Source of the DNA: Candidatus Wolframiiraptor sinensis
GTDB lineage: Archaea > Thermoproteota > Nitrososphaeria_A > Caldarchaeales > Wolframiiraptoraceae
NCBI GenBank assembly: GCA_023261815.1
Contig: JALNKA010000002.1
Coordinates: forward strand, 75,745 to 99,744
DNA: 24,000 bases
Reading direction: 5' to 3'
The notes beneath the pieces are model-generated. The model was not told the origin of the DNA, ran no database searches, and saw only the letters and a list, made by a program, of their open reading frames with translations. Each line of letters starts with the position of its first letter. The first letter of the stretch is position 1. The translations under genes and the position numbers were made by a program. Below, piece after piece: positions 1-7,254 of this stretch.

Positions 1-482
1 TCGGCAGCGCTATCCCCTCCACCAACAACCACGAGGTTCTTAGCCCCCCTATAGAGGGGAGCATCGCACGTGGCGCAAGTCGAGACCCCTCTTCCCATTA
101 GCCTCTGCTCAGACTCCAGGCCCAAGGGCCTGGGATAAGCTCCAGTAGCTACTATGACAGATAGCGCGCGATACTCCACATTCCTAACAAAAATCTTGAA
201 TGGACGTGATGCGAAATCAACGCCTGTTGCATCTTCGTGCAATATCTCGGCTCCAAACCTTTTTGCCTGCTCCATCATTTCCATCATCAAGTCCGGGCCT
301 CTGATACCCTCGGAGAAGCCGGGAAAGTTCTCGACGATCGTGGTCTTCATGAGCTGGCCGCCCGGGGCTACGCCGCCTATCACTAAGGTTCTTAAGCCAG
401 CCCTAGCGGCATAAATCGCTGCGGTGCATCCAGCCGGTCCAGAACCCAAAATAACGACATCATATAATTCCCCCGAGCCCAT
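1..482 (-). CDS. trxB: Thioredoxin-disulfide reductase, N-terminal ~160 aa (3' end runs off the window)
   Basis: Absent from the ORF track because it is truncated by the window edge. My reverse-complement translation from the ATG at 482 gives [30 protein letters not shown]...[32 protein letters not shown]. It shows the FAD GxGxxG motif, a redox-active CATC dithiol and the GGGDSA start of the NADPH site. Confidence 0.9.
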   Translation of the reverse strand, partial: MGSGELYDVVILGSGPAGCTAAIYAARAGLRTLVIGGVAPGGQLMKTTIVENFPGFSEGIRGPDLMMEMMEQAKRFGAEILHEDATGVDFASRPFKIFVRNVEYRALSVIVATGAYPRPLGLESEQRLMGRGVSTCATCDAPLYRGAKNLVVVGGGDSAA

Positions 483-504
483 GATGAATTTGATCTAGCA
501 GGCC

Positions 505-512
505 AATATAAG
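505..512 (-). promoter_or_regulatory. TATA-like box (minus strand CTTATATT) for trxB
   Basis: A/T-rich octamer centred about 26 nt upstream of the ATG at 482, which fits a leaderless archaeal promoter. Confidence 0.45.
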
Positions 513-593
513 ATTTGGTGGCCTCTTCAACGAAGAAGCCCATCCGGATTCAGGGAACATGATGCGCGCTCTCGAATTCCTGACCTCTTCCAT

Positions 594-1691
594 CTATAGA
601 ATCATGTTAAGGAAATATCCGACAAATACTATCTGTGGGATTGTAAGTATGGGAAGCCATAGCGCGGCTTTCTTGCCTATGTTGGACCAGATTAGGCCTA
701 TCTCCGTATAATCCGTCGCAACGCCCGCCATAAGGAACACGAGCGCGTTGCCGAAAGCCCCGGTCTGCCCGTAAATCTCTAGGGCGAGTGGGGCCGTTCC
801 CTCCGAGCACACCTCTATCACGGTCGCGAAGATCAGCGTCGCCAGCAAACCGGGGAGAGTCGGCCCCATATAATTCATGAGGATCTCCCCGGGGACGTAG
901 GCCCGAATCGCGGCGGCGATGAGCATCCCTATAACGATCCACCACAATATCATCCTAGTCAGCTCCCATGAGCCTTTAAGAACGCCGACCAGATCTCTGA
1001 AAACATTTCCAGCGCTGAGATCATACCCGCGCCACCTTGCCCTAATATCGACTAGAATCGAGAAGTTATCCTCGATGTTACCTTGGTGAGCGTTGCACTC
1101 CACCAAGCCAGCCCTATCCAGCGCCTGATACAGTAGACCCGTGATTACGGCGATAGCTATCGCGGAGATGAGGAATATCAAGCCTTTAAGCCCAAAGAGC
1201 CCGAGCAGCAGTATGGTGATCGGCAGGCTGGCCCACGGCGAGGCCAGTAGAAATGCGATCACGGCGGGTGTTGAAGCCCCCTTCCTATAAAGCTCCATGG
1301 ATATCGCGAGAATTCCATGGGAGCAGGCGGATGCGAGAAATCCAAGGCCAACCGAGTAGATCACGTTCCTCTTATCGTGCCGGGCGAGAAGTCTCCAGAC
1401 GTACTCACGCGGAACAAATCGGTCGATCAAGCCGCCCACGAGCAGCCCAACAGTCATCGGCAGCCATATAATCCCCACATAATCGTGGAATGAGGATAAT
1501 AGGCTCCCCAGAACCGATGCTCCGAATTTGTCTAAGACAATATGGGCCGCGTAGAGGGCGATCAGCCCCAAAGCTACTAGGAGAAGCCTCTCCTCATACC
1601 ACCTCTTAGATTCACGGGAACAAACATGACAGCACTCACCATCATGCTCGACCCCACAAGCACGACCCAAACTCTCAACCACCCCCAGCAC
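594..1691 (-). CDS. Polytopic membrane permease (COG0701/ArsP-like 'predicted permease' type) with a Cys/His-rich N-terminus
   Basis: 365-aa ORF with many hydrophobic helices and GTG start (cac at 1689-1691). The N-terminal segment is CGVEHDGECCHVC. The family call is from overall resemblance only. Confidence 0.65.
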   Translation of the reverse strand: MLGVVESLGRACGVEHDGECCHVCSRESKRWYEERLLLVALGLIALYAAHIVLDKFGASVLGSLLSSFHDYVGIIWLPMTVGLLVGGLIDRFVPREYVWRLLARHDKRNVIYSVGLGFLASACSHGILAISMELYRKGASTPAVIAFLLASPWASLPITILLLGLFGLKGLIFLISAIAIAVITGLLYQALDRAGLVECNAHQGNIEDNFSILVDIRARWRGYDLSAGNVFRDLVGVLKGSWELTRMILWWIVIGMLIAAAIRAYVPGEILMNYMGPTLPGLLATLIFATVIEVCSEGTAPLALEIYGQTGAFGNALVFLMAGVATDYTEIGLIWSNIGKKAALWLPILTIPQIVFVGYFLNMIL

Positions 1692-1779
1692 GGGCAGCTA
1701 TACCCGCGAGAATCCCCATCAAATAACACCCCACCAAATATAACTTTGTTATCTACATAATAAACCTTGATGGGAATGC

Positions 1780-1787
1780 TTAAATTA
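1780..1787 (+). promoter_or_regulatory. TATA-like box (TTAAATTA) for the SDR gene
   Basis: Centred about 24-27 nt upstream of the ATGATG at 1807-1812. Confidence 0.4.
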
Positions 1788-1806
1788 TGACAATGTTATT
1801 TTACAC

Positions 1807-2567
1807 ATGATGCTTAACTTGAGCGATAGGGTGGCTATAGTGACCGGCGCAGGCCAGGGGATAGGCAGGGAGGTCTTCCTGCAGCTTGCTCAAGCCGGCG
1901 CAAAGGTGGTTTTGATCGATGTTAGTGATAAGGTTTTCGATGTTTTGAGGGAGATTAGGGGTTTTGGCGGAGATGGTCTGGCCATTAAATGCGATGTATC
2001 GCGTTGGGAGGATGTTCAGGCGGCGGTGAATCAGGTACTGGATAAATTCGGGAGGATTGATATACTCGTCAATAATGCGGGCATTTATCCGTTTAAGCCG
2101 TTTACGGAGATGGGCGAGCAGGATTGGGATAAGGTTCTAGACGTAAATCTCAAGGGAGTATTCAATTTCACGAGGGCCGTTCTGCCGAGGATGATTGAGC
2201 AGAGAAGGGGTAAGATAAGGGTAAGATAATAAACATATCCTCAATCGCTGGATCTGTCGTGGGCTTTCCGAACCTGGTCCACTACTCGGCTAGCAAGGCG
2301 GGGATAATTGGGTTCACGAGGGCGCTGGCCCTCGAGACAGCTCAATACGGCATAACCGTGAATGCGATATCCCCAGGTCCTATCGAGACGCCAGGCATAG
2401 GGGTTCTAAGCAAGGAGGCCTACGAGCAGGTGAGGCGAGCTATTCCCCTAGGGAGATTTGGGAAGCCGGAGGAGGTCGCCTACTTAGTGCTCTTTCTGGC
2501 GAGCGATAAATCGGACTTCATAACCGGGCAAAATATAGTGATAGATGGCGGCTACACAATACAGTAG
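1807..2567 (+). pseudogene. Short-chain dehydrogenase/reductase (FabG-like), frame broken by an 11-bp tandem duplication
   Basis: ORF 1807-2229 carries TGAGQGIG and NNAG. ORF 2259-2567 carries the catalytic YSASK and PG motifs. Deleting one copy of GGGTAAGATAA restores one continuous frame reading ...MIEQRRGKIINISSIAGSVVGFPNLVHYSASKAG... Confidence 0.85.
2208..2229 (+). repeat. Perfect 11-bp tandem duplication (GGGTAAGATAA x2)
   Basis: Positions 2208-2218 equal 2219-2229 exactly, and the flanking bases break the periodicity. The second copy creates the in-frame TAA at 2227-2229. Confidence 0.95.
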
Positions 2568-2628
2568 AAGCGCCCCCAGCCTCCTCCAATATTTTTATGC
2601 ACGGCATTTGTGGGCGCCGTGAAACTGA

Positions 2629-3591
2629 TTAGCCTTCCTCTTCTATAGCTATGGGCACTTCCAGCTCGAAGCTCCTGTATCCCCTCGTGATCATCAGCTT
2701 GATTCTGCCCTTGTCCATTGATTCCTCCAAAATTTTTCTGAGATCGCTGATGCTGCGGATGGCGTGGCCGTTTGCCCCGGTTATTACATCCCCCTCCCTG
2801 ATGCCGTAGATGTGCGCTGGGCTTCCCTCGAAAACCCTGACGACCAGAAGCCCCTCGGAGACCCTTAAGGATAAATATCTGGCAATATGCTCTCTCAGCG
2901 GCATCGTTATCACGCCGATCCAGGGCCTTAATGCTCTGCCATATCTGGAGACCATCTCGATGAATCTCTTTATCGTGTTTATCGGTATAGCGAAGCCGAT
3001 TCCCTGGGCGTATGGTATCATGGCCGTAGTCATGCCTATGACCTCGCCCCTCATGTTGAGGAGCGGCCCGCCGCTATTGCCGGGATTTATCGCCGCGCCC
3101 GTCTGGATCAAGTCCTCCAAGATGAAGCCGTCGCCCTCGATAGTTCTCCCGACGGCGCTCACGATGCCGAGGCTAACATTCGGCCCGGGAAGCCCGAGAG
3201 GACTCCCAATAGCTAAAACCAGCTCTCCAACTTTGACTTCATCGGAGTCGCCGAGCTTCAGAGGCTTGAGATCCGCACCTGGAACTCTCAGGAGTGCGAC
3301 ATCACGGGATGGCGATCTAGCCTCAATTCTTCCCTCAAGCCTCCTACCGCCGATCAACACCTCTATAGACCCGCTCTCGGAGACCACGTGATTATTGGTC
3401 ACGAGATGCCCGTCGTGGGAGATGGCGAAAGCCGATCCTACGCCTCTCACGGGGACAGGCCTGAGGAAGGCATCCACCCTTATCCCAGTCGCTATAACGC
3501 TCACAACGCTATTCCACGCCCCCTCGACCAAGTTGCTTATCTCTTTTGAGATCTGCTCCAGCAGCTCTCCAGACTGAAAACCACACCTCAT
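2629..3591 (-). CDS. HtrA/DegP-type trypsin-like serine protease with C-terminal PDZ domain
   Basis: Catalytic triad contexts are HLVTNNHVV (His), DVALLRV (Asp) and GNSGGPL (Ser). The C-terminal ~90 aa is PDZ-like. No obvious signal peptide or TM helix at the N-terminus. Confidence 0.85.
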   Translation of the reverse strand: MRCGFQSGELLEQISKEISNLVEGAWNSVVSVIATGIRVDAFLRPVPVRGVGSAFAISHDGHLVTNNHVVSESGSIEVLIGGRRLEGRIEARSPSRDVALLRVPGADLKPLKLGDSDEVKVGELVLAIGSPLGLPGPNVSLGIVSAVGRTIEGDGFILEDLIQTGAAINPGNSGGPLLNMRGEVIGMTTAMIPYAQGIGFAIPINTIKRFIEMVSRYGRALRPWIGVITMPLREHIARYLSLRVSEGLLVVRVFEGSPAHIYGIREGDVITGANGHAIRSISDLRKILEESMDKGRIKLMITRGYRSFELEVPIAIEEEG

Positions 3592-3617
3592 ACCGATATG
3601 AGGTTAGGTGCCGTGAG

Positions 3618-3624
3618 TTAAAAA
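3618..3624 (-). promoter_or_regulatory. TATA-like box (minus strand TTTTTAA) for the protease gene
   Basis: Centred about 27-30 nt upstream of the ATG at 3591. The same T-run can serve as the oligo-T of the upstream operon terminator. Confidence 0.45.
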
Positions 3625-3657
3625 TGATTTGCGGGCCGGCAATCATCTGCCCGGCCG
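3620..3657 (-). terminator. Hairpin plus U5 tract downstream of the HTH/DUF438 operon
   Basis: Minus-strand RNA CGGCCGGGCA-GAUGAU-UGCCGGCCCG forms about 8 bp with one bulge, followed by ...CAUUUUU. It starts 5 nt after the stop codon at 3662-3664. Confidence 0.35.
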
Positions 3658-3661
3658 ATCA

Positions 3662-4066
3662 TCAGATGCTCGATGCTACTTGTTTGGCGAATATTGTTGG
3701 GCATACATTGCAGCGCGAGACATCAATCCTGGGATCAAGCCTCTTGTGATAGGAGCAGAAATACTTCATGGATAGAATGTAGGAGGTTATCTCGATAATC
3801 TTTTCATGAATTTTGTCTTCGTCAAGCTCGCCCATGAATATTTTTGCGGCGAGATCTTCGATCATCCGCGTTACATCGCTGAATCTGGTAAGCTTCATGC
3901 CAGCCCCTCTCTCCGACCTGATATACCTCGTGATTGCCGAGCGTGATAGGCCGAGCTTTCTAGCGGCCTCAGCCTCCATCATCCCCATCTTGACAAGCTC
4001 TCTTGCCAAGTGCCGCCTCACGGAGGGCACCAGATACCTCGCGACCAGCTCAAATACGTCCCTCAT
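3662..4066 (-). CDS. Small helix-turn-helix transcriptional regulator with a C-terminal Cys/His cluster
   Basis: 134 aa. The HTH-like segment is EAEAARKLGLSRSAITRYI and the C-terminal motif is CSYH-x13-CNVC. The ATG lies 2 nt after the stop of the upstream gene. Confidence 0.6.
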   Translation of the reverse strand: MRDVFELVARYLVPSVRRHLARELVKMGMMEAEAARKLGLSRSAITRYIRSERGAGMKLTRFSDVTRMIEDLAAKIFMGELDEDKIHEKIIEITSYILSMKYFCSYHKRLDPRIDVSRCNVCPTIFAKQVASSI

Positions 4067-4068
4067 GG

Positions 4069-5391
4069 CTATAGCACTATGATCTTCTTCCTTATTTCTT
4101 CTGGATTGTTTATCACATCTGTGAAGTCCTCGACTATCTCGACCGTTCCGAGGAGCTCGCCTTCTTCATTTTTCACTCCGACTATCAGGACCCTTACTAT
4201 CCTGTCGCCGATCCTCGTCCAGAACTCCCTGTAATCGGCCTTCCCCATCTTTATCTCGTCAACGACCTTCCTGACGGCGCCCTCGAGCCTCGGCGGATGA
4301 CAGTACTCGAGTCTCCTCCCGATTATCGTCTTCGCCCTCACGAAGCGCTGGTGGAATACGCTCTCGGTGAAGAACTTGATCCTATCATCCTTATTGGCAT
4401 ATGTGATCTCGATTGGAAGTGCTCTGAAGAGTGCTTTAACTTCCTCGGGGCTTAGGAACCCTGTCCCGAGATCCAGATCTCCTTCCGAGCGGATTTCATA
4501 GGTGTCGGGCTGAAGGCTCTGCGAGAGGGCCATGATCCTGAACTCCTGCGGGAGCTTCTCGACCTGCTCCGGCGATATCCCGGCCTTCAGTTGATGGGGC
4601 AGGATGGGCTCCGCCTCGCTTCTCCACCTCTCATCAACCTCAACTAGGTATCCGAGGTCCTCGGCTATCTCGGCTACCGCTGCCCACTCGCCCTCCGTTA
4701 GCAGGGCCCAGACGGCCGGAAAGAGTATCTTGTTCTCCCTGAAGACTAGGTCTGAGGTTTCATGGGCTATCTCGAGAGCTCTATTAGCCACCTCATTCAC
4801 TCGAGATCTATTGAACTCGGTCTCCAACTTGCCGATCGCGTCTAGGAGGCCTCGAAGCTTCACCCTCACTTGGTCCTCTCTACCCCACATCACCCTCGGA
4901 ACAGCCACTATCCCCCTCCGCTCAAGATACGGGAACAACAGCATCTGGATCTTGCGATAGTGAAGCCTGATCTTCGCCAGCTCGAGAGCGGCTTGCTTCA
5001 AGCCCGCAAGAGCGCCTCTAGCCTCTTCATCGCTTCCAGCTTGCAGGATGGCGAAGGCATGTAGGCTCAGGGCATCCGCTTGCCTCACTATCCACTCATT
5101 CTCCCTAATGAGAAGGTCGAGCGGGTGTCCCCTCGGAACTCCTTCGAGCTCCCTTGATCTGAGATGCTCCCTAAATAACTCGACATGAAGATCGCACAGC
5201 CTCAGTATCTCATCTATCTTAATGCCCTCTCTAACTAGCTGCTGCTCGATCAGTGGTATCTCGAAAGGAGATACCTGAGAAAGGACATCGCCGAACTCTC
5301 TTTTCAGCTTCTCAACACTCTCGCCAGCATGCAAAGCCTTCAAAATTCTCTTAATGGCCTCAATCTTATCAGGCGCGGATTTTGTTGACAC
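4069..5391 (-). CDS. DUF438 / hemerythrin-like / PAS-domain protein (COG2461 type), function unknown
   Basis: 440 aa with GTG start (cac at 5389-5391) preceded by GAGGTG. The N-terminal part is DUF438-like. The centre has His/Glu helical motifs (DLHVELFREH, HYRKIQMLLFPYLE, HETSDLVFRENKILFP). The C-terminus is PAS-like (ITYANKDDRIKFF...EYCHPPRL). Confidence 0.7.
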   Translation of the reverse strand: MSTKSAPDKIEAIKRILKALHAGESVEKLKREFGDVLSQVSPFEIPLIEQQLVREGIKIDEILRLCDLHVELFREHLRSRELEGVPRGHPLDLLIRENEWIVRQADALSLHAFAILQAGSDEEARGALAGLKQAALELAKIRLHYRKIQMLLFPYLERRGIVAVPRVMWGREDQVRVKLRGLLDAIGKLETEFNRSRVNEVANRALEIAHETSDLVFRENKILFPAVWALLTEGEWAAVAEIAEDLGYLVEVDERWRSEAEPILPHQLKAGISPEQVEKLPQEFRIMALSQSLQPDTYEIRSEGDLDLGTGFLSPEEVKALFRALPIEITYANKDDRIKFFTESVFHQRFVRAKTIIGRRLEYCHPPRLEGAVRKVVDEIKMGKADYREFWTRIGDRIVRVLIVGVKNEEGELLGTVEIVEDFTDVINNPEEIRKKIIVL

Positions 5392-5643
5392 GCGTCAACA
5401 CCTCATACAATTTCTCTTCTTACTTGCTAATAAACCTTATCTCGCGAAAAAGCCCTGCATAAGGCATCACACCGCAAAGAGACGATAAACAAATGTCTTG
5501 GATGATGTTGGGGTGCGGCGGGTCTGCCGGGGGAAATCATGTTTGGCGCCTCACATCCCTTCCATGAGAAGCGGAGATATTCGCATTTTATTGCTGAGGG
5601 ATGTGGATGATGATCCTCGCCTGAAGTTTCTCGCGTTGCACGT

Positions 5644-6540
5644 TTAACGCGGGTAGACTTCCACGCCATTCGCGGGGTTTCGGCACTCCTTCTCGAACTC
5701 CTCCATCAGCCTTAGGGTTATTTTTCCGGCTCTACCATCCCCTATGATTCTTCCAGCAATCTTTGTTACCGGGAGGATCTCGGCTCCTGTTCCGGTCACG
5801 AATACCTCATCCGCCGTTATCAGCTCGAAGGGCGTTATCTCCCTTTCCTCGACCTGATATCCGAGCTTTCGGGCGAGCTTCATGGTGAAGGCCCTAGTTA
5901 TCCCGGGCAGCATTCCAGTGGTCGGCGGCGGGGTTGCTATCACGCCGTTCTTGACCATGAATATATTCGTTGATGTTGTCTCGGCGACGAAGCCCCTCTC
6001 ATCGAGCATGACCGCGTCATCGGCTCCTGCGCTTATCGCCTCGAGCTTCGCCAGAATGCTGTTCAAGTAGTTCAGGGATTTTATCTGATGCGTCGTCGCG
6101 TCAACCCTATCCCTCCTGACGGATGAGATTATCAGGGAGATCCCCCTCATCTTCGCCTCCCTGCTGTATAGTGTTAGAGCCGGCTCCGTGATGATTATGA
6201 CATTCGGGTTACTGCACTTCCTTGGATCTAGGCCGAGGTCTCCGATCCCGCGTGTAACCACGAGCCTTATGTATGCATCGCGCAGGCCATTTCTCCTCAG
6301 GGTCTCGACGACCGCCTCCACCATCTCATCTTTCGTCAATGGTATCTCGAGCATTATCGCCTTCGCCGAGTCGTATAGCCTATCGATGTGCTCTCTGAGC
6401 ATGAAGACTACCCCATCGTATTCTCTTATCCCCTCGAAGACCCCGTCTCCGTAGAGGAATCCGTGATCGTAGACCGAGATCATGGCCCTGCTCTTGGGGT
6501 AATATTCCCCGTTAATGTAGACGAGAAGCTCGCCGCTCAT
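5644..6540 (-). CDS. ilvE: Branched-chain amino acid aminotransferase (fold type IV)
   Basis: 298 aa with the N-terminal DHGFLYGDGVFEGIR motif, the Lys context THQIKSLNYLNSILAK, and typical length. Confidence 0.9.
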   Translation of the reverse strand: MSGELLVYINGEYYPKSRAMISVYDHGFLYGDGVFEGIREYDGVVFMLREHIDRLYDSAKAIMLEIPLTKDEMVEAVVETLRRNGLRDAYIRLVVTRGIGDLGLDPRKCSNPNVIIITEPALTLYSREAKMRGISLIISSVRRDRVDATTHQIKSLNYLNSILAKLEAISAGADDAVMLDERGFVAETTSTNIFMVKNGVIATPPPTTGMLPGITRAFTMKLARKLGYQVEEREITPFELITADEVFVTGTGAEILPVTKIAGRIIGDGRAGKITLRLMEEFEKECRNPANGVEVYPR

Positions 6541-6568
6541 GGCTTCTCTCAGCTTATAGTTTCCAGAA

Positions 6569-6576
6569 GATAAAAG
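6569..6576 (-). promoter_or_regulatory. TATA-like box (minus strand CTTTTATC) for ilvE
   Basis: Centred about 32 nt upstream of the ATG at 6540, in the 106-bp divergent spacer shared with the Lrp gene. Confidence 0.4.
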
Positions 6577-6607
6577 TTCCGGCTGGGGGAGAGCGCCTCA
6601 GCTAAAC

Positions 6608-6615
6608 AATTATAG
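6608..6615 (+). promoter_or_regulatory. TATA-like box (AATTATAG) for the Lrp/AsnC gene
   Basis: Centred about 35 nt upstream of the ATG at 6647. Confidence 0.4.
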
Positions 6616-6646
6616 CGGGTGGGGCGATTGAGATTCCGGGATCCTG

Positions 6647-7081
6647 ATGGTGGAGGAGCACTACGCGCTCGACCCGGTTGATCTCAAGATAATAGAACTC
6701 CTGAGGAGGGATGGGAGAATGCCCTTCGTGGAGCTGGGGAAGAGGATCGGCTTATCCGAGGCGGCGGTTAGGCGGAGGGTGAAGATGCTCCAAGAGCGTG
6801 GGATACTCAGGAAGTTCACGATAGAGGTTGATGAGGGCTTTCAGGTGAGCGCGGTTATCTTCCTCCAGTTCGAGTCGAGCAGACTTCCGGGAGAGATAGT
6901 CGAGAAGATAGCGAAGGTGCCGGGCGTCCGGACGATCTACGAGCTGACCGGGAGATTCGACGCCATAGTGATAATCTCGGCATCCAAGATCTCGGAGCTT
7001 AATGAAAGAATAGACAGGATAAGAGCAATAGAGGGCGTGAGGAGCACGGAGACGGCGGTGGTTCTAAGGATCATAAGCTAG
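6647..7081 (+). CDS. Lrp/AsnC family transcriptional regulator
   Basis: 144 aa. N-terminal HTH (LDPVDLKIIELLRRDGRMPFVELGKRIGLSEAAVRRRV) plus a C-terminal RAM-like domain. Divergent from ilvE. Confidence 0.9.
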   Translation: MVEEHYALDPVDLKIIELLRRDGRMPFVELGKRIGLSEAAVRRRVKMLQERGILRKFTIEVDEGFQVSAVIFLQFESSRLPGEIVEKIAKVPGVRTIYELTGRFDAIVIISASKISELNERIDRIRAIEGVRSTETAVVLRIIS

Positions 7082-7091
7082 GGAGATAACG

Positions 7092-7099
7092 CTATAAAC
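7092..7099 (+). promoter_or_regulatory. TATA-like box (CTATAAAC) upstream of the ATG at 7134
   Basis: Centred about 38 nt upstream of ATG 7134. It is followed by a CCGCC-TCG-GGCGG hairpin (7099-7111) and GGAGAAGG. No comparable element precedes the ATG at 7255. Confidence 0.45.
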
Positions 7100-7133
7100 C
7101 GCCTCGGGCGGAATCTTCCCGGAGAAGGATCGC

Positions 7134-7226
7134 ATGGTAATATACGAGGAGCGCTGGGATCTCGGCAGGCTCGTGACATTCGTCCCGAACAAGAGGACGC
7201 CGATCTACAACTGGTTTTTTCTTTAA
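7134..7226 (+). other. Detached 5' segment (30 codons plus TAA) of the methyltransferase reading frame
   Basis: It encodes MVIYEERWDLGRLVTFVPNKRTPIYNWFFL*. The +1 frame continues without a stop as KEGFSREFVHMMLREF... into the ORF at 7255. The junction is TGG TTT TTT CTT TAA. Confidence 0.6.
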
Positions 7227-7254
7227 GGAAGGCTTCTCCCGGGAATTCGTCCAC

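Noticed and set aside
2570-2617. Inverted repeat GCGCCC...GGGCGC in the SDR/protease convergent spacer, considered as a bidirectional terminator.
   Set aside because: The stem is only 6 bp and encloses a 36-nt loop. The T5 run (2592-2596) inside the loop is a more plausible archaeal termination signal for the plus-strand gene on its own.
5594-5624. A C/D-box sRNA-like arrangement: CTGA, 9 nt, ATGATGA, 7 nt, CTGA.
   Set aside because: The D'-loop-C' spacing is acceptable. However, the C'-to-D guide is only 7 nt against the usual ~12 nt. No C box lies about 12 nt upstream of the first CTGA, and there is no terminal stem, so it is not a canonical archaeal C/D sRNA.
5427-5669. An 80-aa minus-strand ORF and a 27-aa plus-strand ORF (5564-5647) in the ilvE/DUF438 spacer. 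The stop codon of the 27-aa ORF overlaps the ilvE stop in TTAA.
   Set aside because: The 80-aa ORF overlaps the ilvE 3' end and encodes a His/Pro/Arg-rich sequence that does not look protein-like. The 27-aa ORF has no TATA-like box or SD at the right distance. The overlapping-stop geometry alone is not evidence of coding.
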